A stretch of 61,366 nucleotides of DNA, the filler included, from Streblomastix strix (Eukaryota), in the NCBI GenBank assembly GCA_008636045.1. It is 3 parts of 3 records of this genome, joined end to end, with 100 filler letters (N's around TTAATTAATTAA, not from the genome) between each part and the next. Parts side by side here need not be neighbours in the genome. Positions count along the whole stretch, not along the records: positions 1 to 20,406 come from SNRW01000434.1; positions 20,507 to 40,910 come from SNRW01000435.1; 1 more part is not named here. One strand, written 5' to 3'. Positions 16,301 through 30,212 of this stretch are shown here, piece after piece (the stretch's first letter is position 1; each line of letters opens with the position of its first letter). A model generated the notes under the pieces. The model was not told where the DNA came from and searched no databases. It was given only the letters and a program-made list of their open reading frames with translations. The translations under genes and the position numbers were made by a program.

Positions 16301-17834
16301 AAGCTTCGTGCAAGAAACTCGTTTTCTTTTAACAAAATGAAAGAATAGTCAAATAAAATTAGTTAATTGCAGTAATATTAAATGCTTCTATAATAGTAAT
16401 AATTATAAGTGTAATAATCACCAACATCATTATAATAATTCTATGATCATCAGAGAGCACCTTCTTTATTTTCTCCTTCTTCATAATTGTAGTTATAAAT
16501 ATCAAATACATATTCAAATTCATAAAATAATATTCAATAATAAATTTAATAAAAATAAGTTCAATCTTTCAGCCCAACTTTAAAGTAAAAATTTAAATTA
16601 GATAATTTTAAAAAGAGTAGATCTTAATCCTTTGCAATTAAGCCAACAAATCAACCATTTATTTAAACTTTTTTTATTCCATCTTAATAATCTTCTTCCA
16701 ATAATTAAGACAAAGATAACAATTAAAATAATAATTAAAATATTGAATCTCCTTCTGAATCATTAGAAAATCACGTTGAAAGAAACATGGGTGGTATGAA
16801 AGTGGCATTTAAAACAAAATTTTTTTCAATAAATTTTCTAAATATTCATTTTTTATTTCTTAATATAATAATATTTTATTTTTTCAAGGTATTCTTTCTC
16901 CTTTATCGCCAAGTCTATAAATACTTCCTTAAATATCTACTGTTAATTCATTTGATTAATTAAGTGACATAGGTTTTCTATTAAATAATAATTAATATTT
17001 CTTAATTTTATTTATATTTTATTTACAGGAACAATGGCTGAAGATAAAATATTCAAAAATGATGACTCGGATGAAGATGTGAACGATTATAAAGCAGAAA
17101 TAGATGATGATGAAGATGATGAAGATGATAGTGATGATGAAGAAATAGAAGATGAAGAAGATGATAATGAAGATGATGATGATGAAGAAGAAGATGAAGA
17201 AGATGAAAATAAAGAAAATGAAATTCATAGAGAAACTGAAAAGAAATTATAATCTAATATTGATAATAAAGAAGATAATTAACAAATTGATGATGATAAA
17301 CTGCAAAAATATATTAAATTGTCTGTTGATCAGGATAATAAAGAAGATTCCAATATGAATATAAATAAATAAAGAAAGAAACATAAAACAAGAGGAGAGA
17401 AAGATTTAAATGATGAAAAATGGATTGACTAAATGTTAATTAAGAACGAAGAGAATAACTAATAAAGCGATGAAGAATAATAAACTATTGATGAATCAAT
17501 TCTTAATTAACAAACATTTTCTGCTGAATCTTTACCATCATCATCGTAATCATCATCCAAATCAACTGAATAATCTTCACCTTCTTGTTTCAGCTCAATT
17601 AAGAAATTATTTTCAGGTTGTATTCCTCCAAAAGAAGACGAAATGGAAATAGAAAAAGAATAAAGAGAAACTGAATTGAAGAATATATAGAAAGAAATAG
17701 AAAGAAAGAAAGAGAGCAGTGAAAATGAAGAAGAGAAAACTGAGAAATAGAAATTAATAAAAGATAAATAAAGATGCGCTGCTTGGCTATTCGCTGAACT
17801 TGAAAGGATTCTATGGCTTGCTGATGTCCTTTGA
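1344..17834 (+). CDS. Very large (~5,400 aa) Q/S/N-rich low-complexity protein of unknown function; the 5' end may extend to upstream exons
   Basis: Frame is consistent under TAR=Gln. Exons are ~1339-12032, 12095-16793, 16889-16972 and 17029-17834, with phase-compatible GT-AG introns. It has an acidic D/E tract at 17060-17220 and ends ...RCAAWLFAELERILWLADVL-TGA. Candidate upstream exons near 874-892 and 991-1118 are unresolved. Confidence 0.8.
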
Positions 17835-18269
17835 ACAAATTTATACTTATTTATTAATTTTTTGATTAATTATTAATTAATTTAATTTAATTTAATTTAC
17901 TTAGATATTTCAAAAACATTATATATTTAATAAATTTTATTGTACACATTTCGTATATTTTTATATTTTTTCTTCTATTAATATTTGCATTATTAATCAA
18001 CTTTATATACATTATCTAAAAATCTAATCATTTTTTATCTTATCTACTTATTTTATAAATTAATTAATTTATTATTATGAACATTTGTACACTAAATATC
18101 AAATATTTATTATTGACAATATAAATTAATATTATTCACTTCAATATATGCAATGAATATTTTTATACATTTTATTTTTAGCATTTTTATTGTAATTCTT
18201 TATACTCTAGGCATAATTGTAATTATTAATATTCTAGTCATAATTTAATAATAAATATGAAATTAATAT

Positions 18270-20406
18270 TCAATTCCCAGATTTTGTTCTTATTTCAGCC
18301 AGATTTGATAGATTTGTACAGGGAATGCTTGTATTATCTTGTTCTCTATTATCACATTTTTTTGGAAGAATTGAAAATAATGATGTTTATTCTGAATTGA
18401 TATATGAATTAAAGTTATTCTTTTATTCTGAAAGATTATTAATATTTAATATGTTTTCTTTATTAGTATTATTATTATTAGAAATAAGTTCATTATTTGT
18501 TTATTTTTATGTAATATTGGATTAACTTCTTCTTCTTCTTCTATTACGTTTAGTAGATGGTCTAAATATTCCATTCAAAGGTTATTAATTTGGTGGTTTA
18601 ATTGGATGATTATTCAATAACTATTCTTATTTGGGTGATTATTGATTAGATTATATAAGTTGAAGAGATTAATATGAATGTTATTATGAATGTGAATGAA
18701 GTTGTGATTATTAAATAGATGAATTAAATAAATGATTTAATTCTAATTCATCTTAATTTTATTCTTTTTATATTATTTGAGATGAATGAGAAATTGTTTA
18801 TTAAGAATATGATAAAATAGGAGGTTTTGAAAATTATGGTGGTTATTAATGAATTATTTATTAATGAAACGAATGATGAAAATCTTATTATTATTATTTT
18901 TACTGAATAAACTAATCTTCTTATTAAGAGAATTAAATATAATTATTTTCATTATTCAATTAATTATTTGAATTTTATTCTATTTTTGAAATTTATGATT
19001 AAATAGAAGATGAAGGAATTAATCTTTTTGGTAATTTAGATGAAATGAATTAATTTGAATTTGATTCACTATTTAATTATTATTATTCAAGTTTTGAAAT
19101 TGTATATTATAAAGAAGATGAAGTAGATTATTATGTATTTTATTATTTATTTTAATTAATATATTGATTATGTGAATTGGGATATTATTGTGATTATGAA
19201 TGTTTTTATTTTGGATATAGTTGTTCAGATCTATTAATAAACTGATTCTCTAATTAATTTGCAGAATTATGGATTAAATTGAAATTATTTATTTCATTTG
19301 ATTATTATTTCATTTAATTATATTAAGGAGATGAATTTATTTTTGAATTTTGACTCGGACTTCTATTATTCATTTTTTATATTAATTATTGATCTTATTC
19401 TTAAATTTTATTATTTTCATTATTATTATCATCATTATTTAATCTATTTTCTTTATTATTTTGTTATTTAATTTTATCAATTAATAACTTTTATATCATT
19501 TTTATTCTAATTTATTCTTTATTTTCATTTATTGATTCGCATTATTCATCAATTTCATTATCAATTTCATAAGCAATTTAATGGATAACATCTTGACTAA
19601 ATAAGTTAAGCTAATTAGAATCAATATAAATATTTTAATTATCATCATTTTATTAACAATTATAACCTTTGTTTTACTATTATTGATTTTAATTAATTAA
19701 AATATCAACAAATTTTGATGTTATGTCGATGAATGTTTGAAATTTTTCTTAAAAATTCATTTAAAGTTCTTTTCTTAATTTGTTTTATTCAAACTTTTCT
19801 TTTGTTTCATTTCTAATTTTCTATAATGTTTTATTATTACTGTTTATTTATGATTATTCTTAACTTGTATTAATTGTATTTAATTCATTATTAGATTATT
19901 TTTAATCACAAATGTTATTAATTTTGATGAATTATTATGGAAATTTATATTAATTTTCTTTCGATATCATTCCAAATGAATTTGATCTTTATAATTTTTT
20001 CTATTTATCAATTTGAATGTTATTTTATTATTAAGAAATTGAATTATTATTTTCTTTAATTGATTTTTATTGGTGAAATGATTATTATATATTGGCATTT
20101 ATCTAACTATTCTTTTTAATTCTTTCTTTAAGAGTATTTTCTTTATTATTTCGAATTTGGATTTCTTTAAAATTCAAATTTCCACAATTTATGCAAAATT
20201 TTAAAGTTTAAATGGTTTCATCTTAATCAATTTAATCTGAAGAAATAGTTCCTAATATTAGAATAGATGATTATACTTGTAATTATTATTATTATTCGGA
20301 TTTAGAATGAGTAGATTAATAATCTGATAATAAATATTAATTTCAATAGTTTGGATCTAATATTGGTTGTAATACAGAGGTAAGAATTGAATTTCGAAAT
20401 GGAATA
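18270..20406 (-). CDS. Kinesin-like protein, 3' part (end of motor domain plus low-complexity tail), truncated by the gap, with one in-frame TGA
   Basis: IPFRNSILTSVLQPILD...SSILILGTISSDQIDQDETIQTLKFCINC resembles the kinesin motor C-terminal motifs HIPYRDSKLTRLLQDSL...TxMIATISP...ETLSTLRFA. The same frame ends at TGA 18270-18272. Confidence 0.8.
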
Positions 20407-20506
20407 NNNNNNNNNNNNNNNNNNNNNNNNNNNNNNNNNNNNNNNNNNNNTTAATTAATTAANNNNNNNNNNNNNNNNNNNNNNNNNNNNNNNNNNNNNN
20501 NNNNNN
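20407..20506. other. Artificial contig spacer (N44-TTAATTAATTAA-N44)
   Basis: A 100-nt N run with a six-frame stop linker at 20451-20462. Confidence 0.97.
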
Positions 20507-20579
20507 TGCAATTTTTGTTTTTAATAAAACAATGATAAAAAACAAAAAATAAATAAAATAATACAAAATTATTGAGCTT

Positions 20580-23500
20580 ACAATCAATTTGTCTGGATCT
20601 GATATTAGTTAATAATTACATTTTTGCATCTTTCTTCTCAACTTGCCTTCTTTTGTATGGTGAATATTCTGGTGTTTGGATCTTCTCAATAATACCAGCA
20701 CAGAATCTGCATTATCTGGTATTAGGTTCATAGTCATTAATATGATCACATGTATTATTGTTATTATTAATGTCATTGATATTATTATCATCTTGAATCT
20801 CTTCATCATAGCTTGAATCGTCTGCAATAATGTCTTCAGATATATCGCTTTTATTGTTGATTTTATTATTGCTTTTATTGTTCTTTGTAATATGGTCACG
20901 CTTATGATGATGCTTTTCATATTCACCGATTTTTGTCTCGTCTTTTAATCCAAACCGGCTGAATTCTTCAAATCTATCAACAAATTATGATTCAGTTTTA
21001 TCCTAAATTTCTGTTTCTTTTTCCCTTTGATGCGAACTTTAACTAGAATATTTATTTGAATTACTTTATTGATGTGATTTATTCTTTGAACCTTTTCGGC
21101 TTTATTTCTTTTGTGAATTTTATTAATTATCTTTTCCTTCTTCTTCTTCTCCAGAGTATTCAAATTCATTTTCTTATTCATCAGTTTCTTCTCTACTTCT
21201 CCTCACATTTTCATAATTATGCTTCTCTTTTTCATTTAAAATTTATTTATTTGTTAATTTCTAATAATTCTGTTATTTATTATTATTATTATTATTAATA
21301 ATATTATTTTCCTTCATATATTAATTATCTTCTTTGTTATTTTTACTTCTTTTTTCATTTCTTTCATTGAAATCTGGAGTGGAAAGTATTGAAGATGAAT
21401 ATGAAGCACGAGATTGTGTGTAGTTGTTACCAGAGTTTGAAATATGATTCTTGTTATTGTTGCTGTAATTGTTTGCTGCTTCATTATTATTACTATTAAG
21501 GTGATTATTTTGAGTTTGCGGATTGCTTATATTTCTTTCATTATTTTCAAACAAATTTTCATTTTAATCTTCATTAAATTGTTTGTTTATTTCTTCAGAA
21601 TTTGAATTATTTATTAGATTATTCTTTCTGGGATAAGAATGTCTATCTGCATCGAGTGTTGAACTGACTTTATTCATATGATTATTGTCGATATTTCTAT
21701 TAAAATTAATGTTTTCATTTATTTATTGCTATGAATATAAATGTTTTTGACTTAATTATTATTATTGTTATTTATTAGGTGATAATGATCTAGTATTTTA
21801 TTATTTATTTGGAGATGGATATCTGGAATTATATTATTGATTATTTACCAATGGATCAAAAGCATTCTTTATCTCTTATTGATATTATTTATTATAATTC
21901 AAATTTCCATTGGCATTATTATTCTAATTAATTATTTCTTAATTATCATTGTTTTCTTCAGATTATGAAATATTATGTTTATGAATATGTTTATTTAAAT
22001 TTTAATTTTAATTAGAATTAGTATTAGTTTCTGTTTCTTTATAAGTATGAATATGTTTGTGTGATTCATTATGTTTATGTGAATGTACATGTGTATGTTA
22101 ATGTTTGTGAGTATGAGTGTGTGTATTAATACTTGAGCTGTTATATGAATTATTTTAATTGTTATCTTCTTATTAATTACTTTGATTATTTTCATTATTA
22201 TTATTATGATGATGATGGCGATGATGATTATGGTGTTAACTTTTATGCTAACGTTTGTATTCGGTCGAGTATTTGTCAGTATTGTTCACATTGTAGTTTT
22301 ATTCTTTCTAATTATCATTAGTATTATCGTATTCAGGCATTGGCGATTATCTAGATTTAGTATTAGAAGAAGAACGAGAATAGTTTGAAGAATGTGAATT
22401 ATGCGAATTTTATGATTCGTTTGATCTACTTCTATTATTATTCTTCTTCTTCTTCTTATTATTATTTCTATCTCCTTTATCTCCTTATTCAACTTCTTCA
22501 TTATTCCAGATATCTGATATTTCATCATCTTCTTTGTACCTATTTCTATATCCATCTTATTATTATTATTATTACTACTATTTCTTATCAAACTATTAAT
22601 ATCTTTCATTGTTTATTTCTTTTTTATATTCTTTATTGGATAAGTCTTTATCAATTCTTTACTTTTCTGATTAATTCTGGTGAATTATGCTAGATCTTAT
22701 GTTATCTTTAATTGGAGATTATGATTAATTATATTATTGTTGGTTTTATTATAATTATTGATTTGCATTCTCGGCTTGACTAGCAAAAAATAATGATTAT
22801 TCTAATTCATCTGCATTCTAAGAAGGTAACATATTATTCTTTGATTTCTCTTTTTCTTTCTATTTATCAACATTTAATTAATTATTGTTTTCATTATGAT
22901 TTTTATTTTCTTGAATTAAATATCTTTCATTATATCTTACTTTCTTATCATCATTATTTTTAGCTTAATTTAAAGTATCATAAACATTACTGAATACAGA
23001 TTTAACTTTTATTGGAGATTGCAACTATTATTGTTGAAAATTGTTATTGGGATAATTCTTCTGATCTATTTATTAATTTTTTTCATTTAAATATTCTTTC
23101 AATTGTTTTATATTATTCCGATTATCATTTTCCTTATTTCTTACATTTCTTTTTATTTTCTTTTCAGTATTTTCATCAAACTCTTTATATTCTTTATTAT
23201 TATCTTTTAGATTATCATTATTTTATTTATTTTCATTAAAATTATTTGCAAATTATTTATTATTATTGAATTTTTATTCTTTTTCTTTACTATCATTTTT
23301 ATTATGTCCCTTTTCTCTGTGTTTTTCATTTTCTTTGTGTTTTTCATCAATTTATTCTTTGTTTATTTTATTTCCTTTAGCAGCATTAACCAATGCAATA
23401 GCAGCGTTAGCAGCTTATATGGCAGCTTCAGCTGATATAATGGTTGATAGATTGGACTGAGAATATGTACTAGATTATAAATATTATGAATATAATTAAT

Positions 23501-25540
23501 TTTATGCTGAAGACGATGAAGGAATTTAATATGAATAATATGTTGAAGAAGGTAATTAAGATTATTATTATGATTAAGTAGTGAATTAAAACGGTTATTC
23601 TTATGGAATAGATGTTTATTAATGTTATTATGATTAAAAATCGGGGTTAAATGAAGAATATGGTTGTTATTAAAATGAAATAGAATTAGTTGTATAAGAT
23701 GTTGAAGATGAAGATGGATTTTAATTAGCAGAATCAGAAGAAGAAGATTAATGATGTTATGATTAAGAATATGTTGATGATGGAATATCATTTTATGATT
23801 AGGATAATGATGAAGAATGGTGTTAAGAATAAGAATATATAGATGATTACTTTTATTCTTTTTAGTGTTATTATTATTATTATTATTAATAATCAGGATT
23901 TGATTTATAAGTTTAATGATCTTATGAATAAGAATATGTAGATGATTATTTATATTATTCTTACTATTAATGTTCATGATTCGGTGAAGAAGAAGATGAT
24001 GAAGGAGATAAATTTTTATTACGTTAATAATCATTTGATGAAGATGATGAAGATTAAGATTATGGAAATAAATATTCAGATGGAGAAATATTAACTGATT
24101 AAGAAGGAGATTAAGAAGTATTCCTATTCTATTACTACTAATTTGTTGGTATTTAATTTTATTATTAATGGTTTTATTATTATTGAGAATAAGATTATTT
24201 ATCTGGAGAAGCATATTGGTAAGGAATTGATGATGTAAGTGGAATATTATTTGTTGAAGAAGAAGAAGGATATTTGTTCTATTATGATGAATTTTGATAT
24301 AAAGTATCAGAAAATGGTTATAATGATTATTATTATGAATTATATTATAATTATGATTAACTTCTAACATTTGTAGAATCAGTACTAAAAGTATTTGCAT
24401 TTTATGGATAAACAGTAGAATATTAATTAGTAATTGGCGTTTAAATAGATTAGAATACAGATTGAGATGACAGTTAAGGAAATGATTAAGATTGATGAAC
24501 TGCTGTTAATTAAGAAGAATTTAAAGATGATGATGATACTTATTATTGATTTAAAGATGAAAAAATATTTGATTGATGGATTGATGATATTTTAGTTTGA
24601 TTCTAAATTGAAGGATTATTTGGTTGAGGGACAGATTAAACTTATGAGGGAAATTATTCATTAAATGGCGCGTTAATAGAAGCCTATGAATCAATTTATT
24701 ATTATTATTATGAATTTGATTATATATTTGTAGTGTATTCTAACGATGGTGATTACAATGGAAATGAAACTGATTATGAACCCAATTTTGAATGTTATTT
24801 CTATTAAGTAATAGATTATGATGTTGTTGGTTGTGATGATAAAGATGGAATAGAAGATTCTGATTATTATAATTATTATTATTATGGTATAGTTTGTTAT
24901 TAAGGATATTTGTTCTATATTTATTAATTAGATTTATTTTCATTTTTCTAGTGCTAATATGTATTTTAAATTTATTATGATAGTTAAAGAGGGGAAGAAG
25001 ATAAAGAATGTGGTTATTATGCGAATTAAAGAGAAGATGATGCTTAATTATTTGGAATTAATAACGATTATGAAATATTTTATTACTATTATTTATTTTT
25101 TTATGAAGAATTAGATTATTGCTAAGTTGATAATTGTGCTTAGTTGTATGACGAATTATTTTACGATTACGATTATTATGGTAAATATGAAGATGAAATT
25201 GAATTTGTTTATTATATTTTAGAAGATAATTAAGATAATTATTTTTCAAAACTATTAATTTTCTCTTTGTCAAATATTTTACTTTTTTATTAATTATTTA
25301 TTACTTCTTTTTCTTCATTCTCTTATTCTTATTATTCTTCCTCTTCCTCCTCCTCCTCTTCTTCTTCTTCTTCCTAAATAAGAATTTGAGAATCATGTGT
25401 TTATGAAAGTGATAATGATTTATGCGAAGGAGAATTTGTAATAATTTGATTTGAAGGGGTTTGTATATAAGAAGTTATTTATGGAAATGAAGTTTTCTAC
25501 TTTTATTAATTTAAATGTGATTTTGATTTTGGTGCATTTG

Positions 25541-25573
<33 letters not shown>

Positions 25574-28500
25574 ACTATGGTGAAGCAGTTGAATATGATG
25601 AATTTATTTATTAATTGGATAGCAACAGTGATTTTTAAATTTGCAATTAATTTAATTTAGAAGAAAAGTCGGATGTTGATTTTTATGTTTCTAGAGATTT
25701 TTTGGAATGCTGATCTTATGAATTAATTTTATCATTATTATTAAAAGTTATATTTGATTATGTTGTGGATTGTTCTTCATTATTTATTAATTTATATTCT
25801 TTTTAATCATTTAGTGAAGATCTTGCATCATTTATTGGAGATTATGATTATTCTTATGAATTTGATCTTGATTATGATTATGAAGAAGATTTATGAGTGT
25901 GTTAATTAGATTATGAATATGGATTTGATTAAGAAAATGTTGATTATTTATAATTGGAGTTATTGTCTTTATTATCTTTATTATTATCAGATGAAGAATA
26001 TTAATTATCATTTTTATATGAAGAAGGATATTCTTCTTTTTCATGCGTTGATTTCTATGATCTGGAGTCTTAATGCGAATGTGAATGTGAGTGAGAAGAA
26101 GAACGAGATTAAGAATATGTTGATTTAATATTAGATTTATTATCAAATTTATTAGTTGATGTTTTTGATGATGATGATGAAGAAGAAGATGATGATTAAT
26201 CAGGAATATTTTATTTTGCAGAATCATATGGAGGATATTATCCATTTTTTGAATTTGAATTTGAATGAGTTAATTCATTTGAATGAGATTATTATTATGA
26301 ATAAGAATATGGACCTGATTAAGTATAAGAGAAAGAGTAATTACTTTCATTTGATTCTTAAGGATCTGATTATTCTTAATTATTATTATTATTCTATTTT
26401 TATTATTTATTTTAATTCTTATTTAATTCATTTTAATTGACATTACTTTTTCTTTCTTTTTCTTTCTCTTTATCATATTCTTCTTAATTCTCAAATTCAT
26501 CAACATTTTCTGTTTATCCAACTTTTTATTTATCTTTTATAAGTCTTCTTCCATCCAAAGTATCTTGTTTCTAATCAATTGATTTCGTTACCTTCAAATT
26601 ATTATCAAATTTACCATTATTACTTTCATCTTCATCTTCATAATCCATTTCTATATCTTTCAACTAATTTTTATTCCTTTTTGCTTTGTCATAAGTAGAA
26701 ACTTATTTATTATCTAATGAATTATTTAATTTGATATTTTTAATTTATTTTTCTTTTTAATACTTTTCATCTTCTTCTTCATTATCAATATCTTCATTCT
26801 AATTATTACTCTATTTATCATTTCCTTATTTCATATTTTAATAATTCTTCTTAAAATCAATAGAATTACTCACTTTAATATCATTGTCAAATTTAAATTA
26901 ATCATTTTCATCTTCATTTTAATTATCATTTTCTTTTTCTTCATTTCCATTTTATTTATTTTACTTATTTTAATTATATTTATTCCTATTTGCTTTCCCA
27001 CTCAATGCATTCAGCTTAAAATCAATTGAGCTGCTCACTTTTATATTTTAAGCTAATTCATCTTTGCCATCTTCAATTAGTTACTGTTAATCTTATTTGA
27101 TCAATGATTCATCTAAACTACTAACAATTACTGACTTATCAGGATTTCCATCATATGAACGATTTAGTTCATTATTTTAATAAGAATCAGATCTTGAATG
27201 CTTATGTTTATTATTACGTTTATTATTATGTTTATTTGATTCATAATTAGAATCTGAATTTGAATCTGAATCAGAATAAGATTATGAATATGAATTAGAA
27301 TCAGATTAATGTGATGAATGAGAAGATTAATAACTGGATTAAGAAGAATGACTTCGAGATGAAGATTGAGAATTTGAATGTTGATGTGAGTGTTTATTAT
27401 TATTATGATGATGGTTAGATTACTATTGCTTTTATTATTAATGATTGAATGGATTTAATTGTTATTCATTTGAATCATTCTAATTTGATGGAGAAATTTA
27501 TCTTTAATAAACAAACAAATTTTAATTTTATTATAATTATAATTATTAGTTATTCTAATTTGATTATTATTAATTATTTGGATATTATTATTAATTTAAT
27601 GAATCGCTTTATTAAGGTAATGTAAATTACAATGGAGAAATAGTCATTCTTAAAGGAGAAGATTATCTTAATGGAGAATTGTGTCTAATCGGAGATTGTT
27701 GATATGATTGGAAAGTCAATGAAGGAGAAAGAGAATGGTAATTGAGTGGAATATGTGGAGATTAAGATGATGATTATTATTAATATTATTATTGTTATTG
27801 TTAATAATGTTAATTTAATGATGATTATGATATATTTTATAATGAAATATTCTGAGTAGTAAAATTAAATGATGGAGAAGAAGAAGATTATTATTATTAA
27901 GATGAAGAAGATTAAGTCAGATTCTGATATTTTATTGCAGAAGAAGAAGAAAGAGGTTAATTAAATGAATATTATATTGGAGAGAAATATTATTGTTGAT
28001 TTTAATTTAAGAATTTAGATTGTAATTAATCTTATTATATTGTTCGATCATAAGGTTATTATAATGATTATTATTAATTATGTTACTATCCAATTCTTGA
28101 TTGTGATTAATTATAATTTTATTATTAAGATTAATTATGAGAATCAGAAGTTTAATCTTTTTCATCTTCTTTTGTATTTTTATTTCTTTTTGAATTCTTT
28201 TCTTTTTTATTTTTATTTGATTTTGAGTTCCAATCGCTCTGCAACTATTCAAATCGTTCATATTATGTTTAAATCATCTTTTTATTTGTTGTTTCTTTTG
28301 TTTTTGTAGAAGATGATGTTTTAGATGATGTTGATCTTGATGTGTATTTTGATGATAAAGAATATTATTAATTTGAATTATTTTATGTTTTGTTATGTTA
28401 TTGAGATTATGAATAAGTTGATTAATAATCATTTTAATTATCGGATTATTCTTCAACTTCTTCTTCTTTACCAATATTATTTTAATTATTATTATTCATC

Positions 28501-29612
28501 AATTCATTTTCTTATTCATCATATTCTTATTCTTATTCTTAATCATCAATCAATACTTCATCAGATATTAAAGTAGAATTCTAAGGTGATCTATTTGGAT
28601 ATATCATTTAATTAAATTATTATTATTACTACTATTATTATAACTATGAATAAATAACTGGAGAAGAAGAACTTCCTGGAAGAGTAAATGAAAAAGATGC
28701 ATTTCCTAATGGCGATAATGAATTGTGAATATTGGATTTTGAATCTTCATTAAAAGAACCATTGATTGATTTGTTGTTTGGAAATAAATCTCGGCTTACT
28801 TGTTCTGGCTGGAATGTGAATTGAATCTTATTCTGGCTTTGCTGTTCTTTATTTTTCTATCTAGAATTCATTTTTAATTTATCATTATTATTTTTTTATT
28901 CATTCTGATTTTCTTCAGATTCATAATCAATTATTTTCCGTTCATGCAAATTTTCAAGATAATCTCGCATTTGATCTTATTCATCTTATGGAAGATTTCT
29001 AATTTGTTCATTGATGATGTTAAGAGCTTTAATCGTCGTTTATTTTGAATTTGAATCTGCAAATTTTTCGTTGCTTATTTACACTGGAGTGAGTAAAGAT
29101 TGAACTCTGCCTTAATTTTATTCTGTTCCAATGCGAGTCGAACTATATCCAACATATTATATTTGCTAAGTTTCAGATGCAATCTATGAAATATATTGCT
29201 TTTTTTCTGTAAATTATTTCCCTCTGATCTATTGTTCTTGATCGTTAATATCTGGTATTATCTCTAAGTTAATAGGCTTCAACTACTTTATTTCAGGAGG
29301 AGAAGGCAGATTTGGTGCATTGTACGGGTCATCTGATCCAGCAGCGATGCGAGGAGCTTTTGGTTTTTCAAAACGGCCTAATAGAGCATTCAGGAGATTG
29401 ATAATATCCGGCAGGGTGGCTTACAAAGAAATTGGTAGTAGTGTTGAGTCTTCAGAGAATATATCTTTTGAATGTTTTCTAGTGTTGGCTGTGGATGGCG
29501 AGAAGAAGTGTTCGAGCAAGAACTCGGCTGCCCGAAGACGTTTAGTCAGAACAACAACTTTATGTTCCAATTCACCGACTGATTCGCTTGATTAATTTGG
29601 TAATTAATCCAT
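20580..29612 (-). CDS. Large (>3,000 aa) S/Q/P-rich low-complexity protein with a CxH-x9-CxxC motif; 3' end incomplete at the gap
   Basis: ATG at 29612 (MDQLPNQSSESVGELEHKVVVLTKRLRAAEFLLEHFF...). The same frame holds at spot checks (29100, 25320, 23400, 21554, 20714). CDHINDYEPNTRQCRFC lies near 20700-20750, and there is a likely GTAAGC donor near 20581. Confidence 0.78.
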
Positions 29613-30212
29613 TTTAATATATTGCTTATAGAAAAGTTGCAAAATAGATCAAAAAATTTTCTCTTATAAATATTATTTTTATTGTCAATAAAAGAAATCA
29701 CTTATTAATTATTTTATTTTAATTTACTACAAAACAATTTTTGATATTCAATTTGTTGTTGAATTTTGAATTTTTGAATAATTTTCTTTTTCTAGCAAAA
29801 ATTACGAATTATCAAAGTTTTGAAATGTAATTTATAACTTTATTGTATCATTTAACTCACAAATAATATAATTTCAAGATGAATATTTATTAACTTGCCA
29901 GTTATTTTGATTTTTACATTTACATCATTGGTCTGCGCGACATAAACATATTTTCAATATTTAAATAATATTTTTAAATGTAATTCATATGATAATTAAT
30001 AATTATATAAATAATTTTTTTTCAAAATTAAAAATATACCATTTTTTTGTGAATTTCACAATTTTTATCATTTACTGTACATTTTATTATTTTTAAAATT
30101 TATTTATTATTATAAATTAATCATTTATGCAATTTTACCAATTATTAATTATTTTATTGTACTTTTATTTTCATTTTCATGTTTTAATTTTTTTTTCTTT
30201 TTATTAATAAAG

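Noticed and set aside
20451..20462. TTAATTAATTAA palindrome as a biological site
   Set aside because: It is embedded in Ns, identical at both gaps, and is a synthetic six-frame stop linker.
18270..29612. A single giant kinesin gene spanning the first gap
   Set aside because: The gap is an artificial join, and the upstream ORF shows no kinesin P-loop or switch motifs.
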